Shown: positions 1 through 8,441 of the stretch, in pieces
How positions within the stretch are numbered: position 1 is the first letter of the stretch
Layout: each line of letters starts with the position of its first letter
From: an uncultured Solirubrobacterales bacterium
GTDB lineage: Bacteria > Actinomycetota > Thermoleophilia > Solirubrobacterales > 70-9
Length of the DNA: 64,000 bases
Assembly: GCA_963767475.1 (NCBI GenBank)
Contig: CAVYEI010000002.1
Coordinates: 456,851 to 520,850, forward strand
Direction of reading: 5' to 3'
Made by a program: the position numbers and the translations under genes
The notes under the pieces: model-generated
What the model saw: the letters and a program-made list of their open reading frames with translations, nothing else
The model's database searches: none
Told to the model about the DNA's origin: nothing

Positions 1-1
1 T

Positions 2-631
2 GCAGAACGCAACCGCACGCGCATCCTCGCCGCCGCCTCCGAGCTCTTCGCAGCCGAGGGAGTCGACGCCTCCCTAGAGGAGGTCGCCGCCCGCGCCGGG
101 GTCGGCGTCGGGACCGTCTACCGTCGCTTCGGAGACAGGGAGGGCCTGATCGACGCCCTCTTTGAGGATCAGCTCGCGGAGGTCGCTGTCCTCGCCCACC
201 GAGGCCTTGAGATGGACGATGCGTGGACCGGGCTCGAGTTCTTCCTGCGTGAATCCACTGCCCTCAGCGTGGCCGATCGGGGTCTGCGCCAGGCGGTGCT
301 CAACCCGGCACGCGGGAGCGAGCTTGCGGCACGCGCGCGCGACACCATTGCGCCGCTGGCGGCGCGGCTCTTTGAGCGCGCCCTTGATGACGGACGCCTG
401 CGCGGCGACCTCGGTGTCTTCGATATCCCGATGATGCAACTAATGCTCGGCGCCCTGGCTGATGTCACCGGCGAGGTCGATCCCGAGTTTTGGAAGCGTT
501 TTCTCGGGATCCTTTTGGATGGGATGCGCACCAGCCGGCAGGCGCCGACGCCGCTGCCGGGTGAGCCGCTGGACGCCGAGCGCTATGCAGCGGCAATGTC
601 GCAGGCCCGCCCGGCGACGCGGCTTCGGTAA
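2..631 (+). CDS. TetR/AcrR family transcriptional regulator (5' end cut by window edge)
   Basis: The frame of ORF 212..631 stays open to the window start. N-terminal HTH reads ILAAASELFAAEGVDASLEEVAARAGVGVGTVYRRFGDREGL, followed by a helical C-terminal domain. Confidence 0.8.
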   Translation, partial: AERNRTRILAAASELFAAEGVDASLEEVAARAGVGVGTVYRRFGDREGLIDALFEDQLAEVAVLAHRGLEMDDAWTGLEFFLRESTALSVADRGLRQAVLNPARGSELAARARDTIAPLAARLFERALDDGRLRGDLGVFDIPMMQLMLGALADVTGEVDPEFWKRFLGILLDGMRTSRQAPTPLPGEPLDAERYAAAMSQARPATRLR

Positions 632-1074
632 GGGGGGTCAGCTGACTGAGGGCGCTTGATGGGGATGAGCAGAACTGCGACATCCGTTCAGCAGCCGATG
701 TGCAGCAGGAGCCCGAGTGGCGCTTCGAACGACGTCCGCACGCGGCCAGACCGGGCTGGACGCGATCTTTCACGGTGCGGCCGACTTTGAACTGGAGCTA
801 GTCGAGAACCGGGACGCTCGACGGTCACATCTCTACCGACCCACCCTCCACTGACCTATACAGATTTCGCCTGCCGGGGCGCGCGTCACCAGGGCTCGAC
901 CGACCAACGACCCTGGCTGTGCTGAGGCAGATCCCTCGCCGTCGAGAAGGATCGACTCTTCCGAACGGACGGAAATGCTCTGGCTCAGGCACAGATCCTG
1001 AAGCGCCAGATCCGATGTAGGCGGCGGCCCGGCGCGCGCGACAGGCAAGTGGGGACCTGCCTATACTGGCCCCA

Positions 1075-1347
1075 TTGACCGACCTATTCCACGCACTCGC
1101 GGCGCCGGCTCGGCGAGCGATTCTGGACGAGCTTCACGATCGAGACGGCCAGACGCTCTTCGAGCTCTGCACCAGGCTGACGATGAAGCACCAGCTCGAG
1201 TTGTCGCGACAGGCGATCTCGCAGCACCTGGACGTCCTGGAAGCGGCCGGCCTGGTAAGCAGCAAACGCCAGGGCAGGTACAAGTTCCACTACCTCGATA
1301 CCGCACCGCTGAAAGCCATCGCGCAACGGTGGTCGATCGAGGCCTGA
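1075..1347 (+). CDS. ArsR/SmtB family winged-helix transcriptional regulator
   Basis: 90 aa. PARRAILDEL...LSRQAISQHLDVLEAAGLV is a typical ArsR HTH. TTG start, with a TATACT -10-like box just upstream. Confidence 0.8.
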   Translation: MTDLFHALAAPARRAILDELHDRDGQTLFELCTRLTMKHQLELSRQAISQHLDVLEAAGLVSSKRQGRYKFHYLDTAPLKAIAQRWSIEA

Positions 1348-1363
1348 CGAGGAGGTAAGACCA

Positions 1364-1759
1364 ATGAGGATCACAGTTTCGAGTGTCCTGGTGGATGATC
1401 AGGAAAAGGCGCTCAGCTTCTACACCGAGACTCTCGGGTTCGTGAAGAAGGAGGATGTCCCCCTTGGCGAGGCCCGCTGGCTGACCGTGGTTTCCCCCGA
1501 GCAGCCAGACGGGACCGAGCTGCTGCTCGAGCCGGACGGCCACCCTGCCGCCAAGCCGTTCAAGGAGGCGCTGATCGACGACGGAATTCCCTTCACGTCG
1601 TTCGCCGTTGAGGACGTCAACGCTGAGTACGAGAGGTTGAGCGCGCTCGGAGTCGAGTTCACGCAGAAGCCGCTCGAGATGCCAACCGTCACCACCGCCG
1701 TGTTCGACGACACCTGCGGCAACCTGATCCAGATCGCGAGCCAGGGCGACGGGCGCTGA
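1364..1759 (+). CDS. VOC (glyoxalase/bleomycin-resistance/dioxygenase) family protein
   Basis: 131 aa, ALSFYTETLGF...GNLIQI pattern. SD GAGGAGG upstream. Starts 17 nt after the ArsR gene, so probably a two-gene operon. Confidence 0.75.
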   Translation: MRITVSSVLVDDQEKALSFYTETLGFVKKEDVPLGEARWLTVVSPEQPDGTELLLEPDGHPAAKPFKEALIDDGIPFTSFAVEDVNAEYERLSALGVEFTQKPLEMPTVTTAVFDDTCGNLIQIASQGDGR

Positions 1760-2340
1760 CGACCACCACGGGTGCCCGGCGGCCACGCCGATCGCTCAGC
1801 CGCTGGTTCCCTTCGGCGTGAGGGGCTTCCGCCCGGCCGGGATTTGCACCCACTAGACGCCGCGTCTTACTAGTCCTGCGGACCTCACGAATGCGGCGTC
1901 GTGGGCCTGTACGAGCCGGCACATAGGGCGGACGTCGCCGAATCCGATCCGCGTCGCCCGCCCTCTCGATCTGGGTGTCTCGCGCCCGGGGCAACGAGAG
2001 CCGAGCTTGAGCCTGGCGCGCGCCGGGATCGCAGGCTTGTCTCCCTCGCGATGGGAGGATCTCCGATCCCGTCGGAGCCGTTCACGGAGTAAGGGGAACG
2101 ACGAAAGGAACGTGATGAGCGTGCCTAGTCGACCTCGTCGCGGAGGCACTCATGCCGGGTTGCTCATCGTCGATTATCACAGCGTCATCGTCGACCGTCA
2201 GCGGCAGAGATGTGGACACTGCACGCGACTCCGACAGCGACCCCATTGGGTCAATGGCGTCGACGACAGTCACAGGCCACTCGGTATCCCGGAGCGTCAC
2301 GCAAGTCCATCGTCCGTGATCCCATAAGCAGCAACCGCGA

Positions 2341-2369
2341 TTGCCGGCCTGCCCAACCCGGCCTAGGTT
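2341..2369 (+). promoter_or_regulatory. Candidate promoter of peptide cassette 1 (TTGCCG-17 nt-TAGGTT)
   Basis: -35/-10-like hexamers with 17-nt spacing lie ~70 nt upstream of the small ORF. The element is retained in all three units, including the truncated one. Confidence 0.35.
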
Positions 2370-2437
2370 GGTCGCGATCGGATGTGGGTTCCGATCGGAA
2401 GTACCGCCTTCGGGCGTCGATTGAAAGGAAGTGGCCA

Positions 2438-2578
2438 ATGCGGTCCACCTCACTCGCTCAGCTCTCGGTTCGTTTCGCCCAGCGCAAGGGCCTGATCGTC
2501 GGGACCGGCGTCGCCCTCGCCGCCGCGGTCGCGCTGTTGCTCGGCGACTCGCACTCGCTCGGGATGACGCACAACTGA
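2438..2578 (+). CDS. Small hydrophobic peptide, 46 aa (MRSTSLAQLSVRFAQRKGLIVGTGVALAAAVALLLGDSHSLGMTHN)
   Basis: SD GAAAGGAAG lies 7 nt upstream of the ATG. Basic N-terminus, a ~20-aa hydrophobic helix and a 10-aa polar tail. A strong hairpin terminator follows. Too short to appear in the ORF track as a separate ORF. Confidence 0.6.
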   Translation: MRSTSLAQLSVRFAQRKGLIVGTGVALAAAVALLLGDSHSLGMTHN

Positions 2579-2652
2579 CGAACGTTTGTGGGGCCTCCCA
2601 CGGCGTTTGAGCCTCGAGCGAGCTCTGGTTTCTGGCAGCTCGCGACGGCTCA

Positions 2653-2687
2653 GGGGCGCGCCGCTTTGCGGCGCGCCCCTCGTCTTT
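2653..2687 (+). terminator. Intrinsic terminator-like hairpin (GGGGCGCGCCGC-TTT-GCGGCGCGCCCC + TCGTCTTT)
   Basis: Perfect 12-bp GC stem followed by a T-rich tail, 75 nt after the peptide stop codon. Confidence 0.65.
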
Positions 2688-3116
2688 AGGCCGGCGAACT
2701 AGAGCAAACGCGAAGAGCAAGCGCCGACGTCGCCCGCCCTCTCGATCTGGGTGTCTCGCGCCCGGGGCAACGAGAGCCGAGCTTGAGCCTGGCGCGCGCC
2801 GGGATCGCAGGCTTGTCTCCCTCGCGATGGGAGGATCTCCGATCCCGTCGGAGCCGTTCACGGAGTAAGGGGAACGACGAAAGGAACGTGATGAGCGTGC
2901 CTAGTCGACCTCGTCGCGGAGGCACTCATGCCGGGTTGCTCATCGTCGATTATCACAGCGTCATCGTCGACCGTCAGCGGCAGAGATGTGGACACTGCAC
3001 GCGACTCCGACAGCGACCCCATTGGGTCAATGGCGTCGACGACAGTCACAGGCCACTCGGTATCCCGGAGCGTCACGCAAGTCCATCGTCCGTGATCCCA
3101 TAAGCAGCAACCGCGA

Positions 3117-3145
3117 TTGCCGGCCTGCCCAACCCGGCCTAGGTT
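3117..3145 (+). promoter_or_regulatory. Candidate promoter of peptide cassette 2
   Basis: Identical copy of TTGCCG-17-TAGGTT. Confidence 0.35.
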
Positions 3146-3213
3146 GGTCGCGATCGGATGTGGGTTCCGATCGGAAGTACCGCCTTCGGGCGTCGATTGA
3201 AAGGAAGTGGCCA

Positions 3214-3354
3214 ATGCGGTCCACCTCACTCGCTCAGCTCTCGGTTCGTTTCGCCCAGCGCAAGGGCCTGATCGTCGGGACCGGCGTCGCCCTCGCCGCC
3301 GCGGTCGCGCTGTTGCTCGGCGACTCGCACTCGCTCGGGATGACGTTCAACTGA
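3214..3354 (+). CDS. Small hydrophobic peptide, 46 aa, variant ...GMTFN
   Basis: Identical to copy 1 except codon 45 (TTC instead of CAC). Same SD. Confidence 0.6.
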   Translation: MRSTSLAQLSVRFAQRKGLIVGTGVALAAAVALLLGDSHSLGMTFN

Positions 3355-3427
3355 CGAAGGTTGTGGGGCCTCCCACGGCGTTTGAGCCTCGAGCGAGCTC
3401 TGGTTTCTGGCAGCTCGCGATGGCTCA

Positions 3428-3461
3428 GGGGCGCGCCGCTTTGCGGCGCGCCCCTCGTCTT
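3428..3461 (+). terminator. Intrinsic terminator-like hairpin, copy 2
   Basis: Same 12-bp GC stem. Unit 3 begins immediately after it. Confidence 0.6.
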
Positions 3462-3552
3462 GTCAATGGCGTCGACGACAGTCACAGGCCACTCGGTATC
3501 CCGGAGCGTCACGCAAGTCCATCGTCCGTGATCCGATAAGCAGCAACCGCGA

Positions 3553-3581
3553 TTGCCGGCCTGCCCAACCCGGCCTAGGTT
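3553..3581 (+). promoter_or_regulatory. Candidate promoter of peptide cassette 3
   Basis: Identical copy of TTGCCG-17-TAGGTT. Confidence 0.35.
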
Positions 3582-3649
3582 GGTCGCGATCGGATGTGGG
3601 TTCCGATCGGAAGTACCGCCTTCGGGCGTCGATTGAAAGGAAGTGGCCA

Positions 3650-3790
3650 ATGCGGTCCACCTCACTCGCTCAGCTCTCGGTTCGTTTCGCCCAGCGCAAG
3701 GGCCTGATCGTCGGGACCGGCGTCGCCCTCGCCGCCGCGGTCGCGCTGTTGCTCGGCGACTCGCACTCGCTCGGGATGACGTACAACTGA
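3650..3790 (+). CDS. Small hydrophobic peptide, 46 aa, variant ...GMTYN
   Basis: Identical to copies 1 and 2 except codon 45 (TAC). Same SD. Confidence 0.6.
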   Translation: MRSTSLAQLSVRFAQRKGLIVGTGVALAAAVALLLGDSHSLGMTYN

Positions 3791-3845
3791 CGAACGTTTG
3801 TGGGCCTCGAGCGAGCTCTGGTTCCTGGCTGCTCGCGACGGCTCA

Positions 3846-3880
3846 GGGGCGCGCCGCTTTGCGGCGCGCCCCTCGTCTTT
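3846..3880 (+). terminator. Intrinsic terminator-like hairpin, copy 3
   Basis: Same 12-bp GC stem plus TCGTCTTT. The CPBP gene starts 52 nt downstream. Confidence 0.6.
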
Positions 3881-3931
3881 AGGCCGGCGAACTAGAGCGA
3901 ACGCCGAAGAGCAAACGCCGACGGAGTAGAC

Positions 3932-4753
3932 GTGGAGCGCAGCAAGAAGCAAAGCCATCCCGGTGGCATCTCGCCGGCGATCGCGATCGTGGCATTGGTC
4001 GTGCTCGCCGCGGCCATTTTCGGTGAAGAACTCATCTCACGCAGGCTCAGCCTCGGGATGAGCGAGACGTCGGAGAGGCTCGGCTGGTGGGACGTAGCGT
4101 TTGCCGTGTTCGAGCACGTCCTGATCCTGGCCGCGGCGCTGATCCCGATCCGCCTGGTCCTTGGTCGCTTGCGGGCATCAGATCTCGGATTGCGGCGTGT
4201 GCCGTGGCGCCCAGCCGTGGCAAGCGCTGTGGCCGTGTACGCCGCTTACGTGCTCGTCGCTGCGATTGCCTTTGCGATCCTCGGAGCACCACCCGAACGA
4301 GCCAGTGCCGACACCTTCGCCGACTCCGACTGGGCTGGGCCGCTGATCACCTACGCGCTGATCGCCTGTGTCGTCGCCCCGCCTACCGAGGAGCTCTTCT
4401 TTCGCGGTCTGATGTTCGGGGCCTTCCGCCGTCGCCTTCGCCCACTTCCTGCCGTGGTCTGCGGAGGCGTCCTCTTCGGCGTTGCCCACGGCCCGCCGCT
4501 TGCGGGAATGCTCGACCTCGCCCTGCTCGGCATCGCCCTTTGTTTCCTTTACGAGCGCACCGGATCGCTTCTGCCCTGCATCGGGGTCCACGCTGCCCAC
4601 AACGCGATCGCTTTCGGGGCAATCGTCTCGCTCCCATTCCCGGCGACCGCCTTGCTGACGACCGTCGGCGTCACACTCGCGACCGGGGTGAGCTGGGCGC
4701 TGTCGACCTCCGCTTCCGAGAGGGCAATTCGTCGGGTCCAGGTCGCCATGTGA
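3932..4753 (+). CDS. CPBP family (CAAX/Abi) intramembrane glutamic endopeptidase
   Basis: 273 aa and polytopic. All three family motifs are present: TEELFFRG (EExxxR), LFGVAHG (FxxxH) and HAAHNAIAF (HxxxN). GTG start with GGAG 6 nt upstream. Confidence 0.85.
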   Translation: MERSKKQSHPGGISPAIAIVALVVLAAAIFGEELISRRLSLGMSETSERLGWWDVAFAVFEHVLILAAALIPIRLVLGRLRASDLGLRRVPWRPAVASAVAVYAAYVLVAAIAFAILGAPPERASADTFADSDWAGPLITYALIACVVAPPTEELFFRGLMFGAFRRRLRPLPAVVCGGVLFGVAHGPPLAGMLDLALLGIALCFLYERTGSLLPCIGVHAAHNAIAFGAIVSLPFPATALLTTVGVTLATGVSWALSTSASERAIRRVQVAM

Positions 4754-4817
4754 GACCGCGACATCGACGACCGCGTGACCCTGGAGACGCGCTCAAACGC
4801 TTAAAGGACGCGACCGC

Positions 4818-5771
4818 TCAGGCGGCGATCACCTGGCCGGCGGTGTCGGCGAAGGCACGGATCCGGGGATCGCGGCTCGCGCGGCGCCAGACGAGCGCAG
4901 TCTCGACCGGCGCCATCCCGACCAACGGGACGAACGTGACCCCCTGCAAGGTCACGTAGTCCGCAACCGCACTTTCGGTGGGATGGACTAGCTCGCCACG
5001 CGCGACGTTCATGAATAGCTCGGCAAAGTTGCGCGGGGGCGGGATTGAGTTGTTCCGGCGGATCGGGCGTCCTTTCGGGGTCCGCGCCGGGATCAAGTCG
5101 CTGACCATGTCCTGCAGGTCGGTGTCGAAGCGAGCCACGGCATACGGGACCAGATCCTCAAGCGTCACCTCGTCGCGTCCGGCAAGCGGATGATCCTCGG
5201 CTACCGCGACGACCCGCCCGTTGCGACCGAGCACGGGTCCGACGGTGAGCTCCGGATGGCTGACTGGCAACCGGGCGGCCATCAAGTCAGCCTCTCCTCG
5301 TATGAGCGGGCCGAGCACGTCGGACCAATCGACGGTGACGCTGACATCCACCGGGCACTCAGGATGACGATCCTGGAAGATTTCGATGATCTCGGTCAAC
5401 CGAGGGCCACCTGCTGCCGGATAGAAGAGCCGCAGGCGTAGGAGACCGACGAGCTCCCGGTCATCACGGTCGGCGCGCTCGAGAACCGAAGCCAGCTGGC
5501 CGAGTGGCGAGCGCAGATCGGAAAGCAGCTCTGCCCCAGCCTGGCTGAGCTCGACGCGGCGGCTCGTCCGCTCGAAGAGAACCTCACCGAGCTTGACCTC
5601 GAGTTCCCGAACGGTCTGGCTTACCCGCGATTGAGTGACCAGAAGGCGCGCGGCGCTGCGACCGAAGTGCCGCTCCTCGGCGACCACAAGGAAGGTGCGT
5701 AGTTCGCGCAATTCAACCTGTTCCCACACCGGGCTCCCAGCGGGACGGCGTCGATGCGTCCCTCGATCCAT
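4818..5771 (-). CDS. LysR family transcriptional regulator
   Basis: 317 aa. N-terminal HTH LRTFLVVAEERHFGRSAARLLVTQSRVSQTVRELEVKLG, then a substrate-binding domain. Confidence 0.85.
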   Translation of the reverse strand: MDRGTHRRRPAGSPVWEQVELRELRTFLVVAEERHFGRSAARLLVTQSRVSQTVRELEVKLGEVLFERTSRRVELSQAGAELLSDLRSPLGQLASVLERADRDDRELVGLLRLRLFYPAAGGPRLTEIIEIFQDRHPECPVDVSVTVDWSDVLGPLIRGEADLMAARLPVSHPELTVGPVLGRNGRVVAVAEDHPLAGRDEVTLEDLVPYAVARFDTDLQDMVSDLIPARTPKGRPIRRNNSIPPPRNFAELFMNVARGELVHPTESAVADYVTLQGVTFVPLVGMAPVETALVWRRASRDPRIRAFADTAGQVIAA

Positions 5772-5919
5772 TAGCGGACCTAATCGCTCCGATCGCGGAT
5801 AGCTCCTTGATCGGCAGATTGAATCAGTTCAAGCTCCATATTGCATCCGTTATGCACCGGCGAACACCCGAACTCAGTTGGCGCCCACGAGCGCAGAGGG
5901 CTGAGCCATACGCCAGGAT

Positions 5920-7017
5920 GTGATCGGGAGCGACGGGCGCCCCTCCGGCAACGGTGCGGGGCGGTTCCCTGCGCCTGCGCCTGGGCCATCGCCAGCGAGA
6001 TTCGCTGCCGTCGAGCTTGAAGATCTTGAGCGCACCCGGGTATCCGTCGCATTCTCTCCACTTGCGACGCTCGGTCTCCTCGTCTTCGATTGCGTGCAAG
6101 AGAGCCGGTTGTTGGGAGGGTCACCGCCCGTGATCCGCGCGATCCGCTCGCACCTACGTGCTCGCGATCTAGAGGTCCTTGGCACACTGGCGAGGCGGGG
6201 TAGCGCACCACCCTCGCTCGTCGGCCAGCGAGTCGCGACCCCGAACGGGTTCGCGCGGATCCTATGCGGCGACCCGGGCCCGGGCGTCAACAGCCTCGCG
6301 GACCAGCTCGAGGCGGTCGCCGAGATCGACCCCGACGAATTCCTGGCCTCGGTCGCCGGTTGTGTCGGCGATAGCCCTAGCGAGTCATGGGCAGCGTTGT
6401 ATTCAGACCCATCACGCTGGCTTCAGGCCTACGCAGGCGCCTTGTTGCGCGCGTGGCAAGCGGTCGGTCCGATCTGGGAGCGCGCGCGAGGCCTTATCGA
6501 GATGGAGGGCGAGCGGGTCGAGGCGGCGCTCGAGCGGGGCGCGGGCGCTGCGCTCGTCGTCGGGCTTCACGGCCGCGCCGCAGCGAGCGAGACGCACTGG
6601 CTCATCCCCACCGACCAGGATCCTCAGACCTACAGGCTGGCGCCGCATCTCGTCATCGCGCCGATGCTCACCGATCCGACGACGACAGCGATCTTCTCCG
6701 ACGGCACCGGGGCGCTGCCGACTCTGTTTTACGCGTGCGCGGGGGGTTCGCGGGCATACAACGGCGAGGCGCCGGCGCCGGCATCGCTCGAGGCCTTGGT
6801 TGGAACTCCGCGGGCTAGGATCCTCGCCGCGCTCGAGCGGCCGCTACGAGCCGGCGAGCTAGCGGCGATCCTGCAAACGGCCCCCGGCGGCGCCACCCAC
6901 CACCTGCGACTGCTAGAGGCGGCCGGACTCGTGATCCGGGTACGCGACGGCCGCTGGGTGGTAGTCGAGCGCACGCGGCGTGGGACCGCGCTGCTCGCGC
7001 TGTATGGGCTGGACTAG
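5920..7017 (+). CDS. ArsR-type winged-helix regulator with long N-terminal domain (DUF5937-like architecture), paralog 1
   Basis: C-terminus reads LEALVGTPRARILAALERPLRAGELAAILQTAPGGATHHLRLLEAAGLVIRVRDGRWVVVERT. Clearly paralogous to 12712..13746 and 19841..20848. The exact start is uncertain. Confidence 0.7.
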   Translation: MIGSDGRPSGNGAGRFPAPAPGPSPARFAAVELEDLERTRVSVAFSPLATLGLLVFDCVQESRLLGGSPPVIRAIRSHLRARDLEVLGTLARRGSAPPSLVGQRVATPNGFARILCGDPGPGVNSLADQLEAVAEIDPDEFLASVAGCVGDSPSESWAALYSDPSRWLQAYAGALLRAWQAVGPIWERARGLIEMEGERVEAALERGAGAALVVGLHGRAAASETHWLIPTDQDPQTYRLAPHLVIAPMLTDPTTTAIFSDGTGALPTLFYACAGGSRAYNGEAPAPASLEALVGTPRARILAALERPLRAGELAAILQTAPGGATHHLRLLEAAGLVIRVRDGRWVVVERTRRGTALLALYGLD

Positions 7018-7080
7018 CCGACGACCAGCTTCGCTGATCGTCCCGAATGCAGTGTTAGCGCCTCGGGCCTTGGAGCGGTT

Positions 7081-7581
7081 TTAGCGCAGCCGAATCGGGC
7101 GGTCCAGGAGGTCGCTGGCAACTTCTGCATCCTCCGGCCCAGCGGCGAAGTCGGCGCAGTTGAATGGCTTGCCGGCAAGCTGCCGCCTGTCCACGGTGAG
7201 TGTGATGCGCTGGTCCTTCACATTTGCACGAGCCTTGAATCGCTTGTTTTCGACGGCAGCAAAGGCCTTTCCGGGACCCGGGAGGTACCCGAGGACGAGC
7301 GCGTTGTCGGAGAAGCACTTGCCACCCTGGGCCTGCGTGCTGAACACCACGGCGATCAGCGACCCGGCCTGCGGCGCCAAGCCGAGCGACAAGCTGGCCT
7401 CCACCGCCCCGCCAGTCTTGTAGGTCGCGGACATGCGCTGGATGTCATGCTGCGGCTCGGCGTCCCCGGAGGGGTCGGAGCCCGAGCCCGAGCGAGTGGC
7501 GCCCAGCGCCGTCGCCGGCGACAGCAGCGCGACGCAGATGGCTAGGAGCAAGGATGGGGGAACGCGGGTCTTCTTCATCAT
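7081..7581 (-). CDS. Secreted hypothetical protein
   Basis: 166 aa. N-terminal signal peptide MMKKTRVPPSLLLAICVALLSPATALG. Confidence 0.6.
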   Translation of the reverse strand: MMKKTRVPPSLLLAICVALLSPATALGATRSGSGSDPSGDAEPQHDIQRMSATYKTGGAVEASLSLGLAPQAGSLIAVVFSTQAQGGKCFSDNALVLGYLPGPGKAFAAVENKRFKARANVKDQRITLTVDRRQLAGKPFNCADFAAGPEDAEVASDLLDRPIRLR

Positions 7582-7815
7582 TGTCTCGATCTGGTTGACG
7601 TCGAGGGCCGGAAGCTACCCGCGATGCGGCGCCACCCAATCGAACTGGGAGATTGGTCGTCCACGACTCCGCATCGCCTGTAATCCATCCCCAATCCGGG
7701 GAGGCCACATACCACCTGGTCCAGCCAAGGCGTGCAAGACGGGGTCCCCTCGACCGCGGGACCAGCGTGGACTCATCGGCGAGCGGGACCAAGAACTTTC
7801 CGCGATCGTTGAATG

Positions 7816-8256
7816 TCAAGCACACCGCCGCTGCGTTCGCGTCCACCAGAGCGTTCGCTCCGGAACACCCCCGGCCGTGGCGCCGACACGGACGATCGAA
7901 GCGGGCTCGCAGGTGACATTGAGTGCCTTGAGCAACCTCGGCCAGGTGGTGGCGACGGACACGTTCCGAGAGTGGGCCCGCAGGATCTCGCCGAGACCAC
8001 GCTCCGCGACGACCCCGAGCACAGCATCCCTGTGGGCGGCCAATACCGCGATCCGCCGCAGCGACCCGAGGAGATGCCCGCTGACGCGAACGCCGGCCGC
8101 GCATTCGACGATCACCGCCCGATCTCCGTCAGCGAGGCGACGAATAGCCAGCGCTTCCAGCCATTCGGCCGTCTCCCGCGTCAGCTCTCCGTCGACGACG
8201 ATCGCCGCCGCTCGATCGTCTGCCTTTCGTGTGCCATTGACCAGTTCGGTTTCCAT
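7816..8256 (-). CDS. STAS domain protein (anti-sigma-factor antagonist-like)
   Basis: Start chosen at METELV, with SD GGAACGAAGGA upstream. AAIVVDGELTRETAEWLEALA...AVIVECAAGVRVSGHLLGSL fits a STAS/SpoIIAA-like pattern. Confidence 0.5.
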   Translation of the reverse strand: METELVNGTRKADDRAAAIVVDGELTRETAEWLEALAIRRLADGDRAVIVECAAGVRVSGHLLGSLRRIAVLAAHRDAVLGVVAERGLGEILRAHSRNVSVATTWPRLLKALNVTCEPASIVRVGATAGGVPERTLWWTRTQRRCA

Positions 8257-8441
8257 CCTTCGTTCCTTTCGTGTTGTTTGAGCGAGCCGTACGCCACCCT
8301 CAGCCATAGATGTCGCCAGCCGGGCAGCGCGCCCCCCATGCCAACCCGGACGCTCACCGGCGCCAAGATCTGATCGCGTTTGCTGATCGCCCGATGTGCG
8401 CTGCGAATTGCTCCTGGACCGTCGCTCGACAGGATCCAGGC

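Larger units (their letters stand above)
1952..3923 (+). repeat. Tandem direct repeat array of 3 units (1952-2727, 2728-3461, 3462-3923)
   Basis: Period is 776 bp. ORFs 2007..2327 and 2783..3103 are identical, and 2210..2578 and 2986..3354 are nearly identical. Unit 3 joins directly after the unit-2 terminator and corresponds to position 2250 of unit 1, so it lacks the first ~300 nt of the unit. Confidence 0.95.

Noticed and set aside
833-1048. 71-aa minus-strand ORF in the TetR-ArsR intergenic region.
   Set aside because: No SD, weak composition and no motif. The region more likely holds the promoter of the ArsR/VOC operon.
2007-3103. Duplicated 106-aa plus-strand ORFs (2007..2327 and 2783..3103) inside the repeat, with an SD-like GAAAGGAAC before an internal ATG.
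   Set aside because: Arg-rich with low GC3 for this genome. Their duplication simply follows from the DNA repeat. The unit-3 cassette lacks them. Treated as non-coding or unresolved (see the 5' module finding).
2082-3665. Minus-strand ORFs across the repeat (2082..2861, 2858..3229, 3234..3665), antisense to the peptide genes.
   Set aside because: Their Met starts lie inside the peptide ORFs and no SD is present. The sequence is disrupted at the unit-2/unit-3 junction. Only a short segment (VTVVDAIDP...IIDDEQPG) looks protein-like, which is not enough to call a gene.
1952-3923. The repeat array considered as an insertion sequence, a MITE or a CRISPR array.
   Set aside because: There is no transposase, no terminal inverted repeats and no target-site duplication. 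The period of 776 bp with near-identical full-length units does not fit the CRISPR repeat-spacer pattern.
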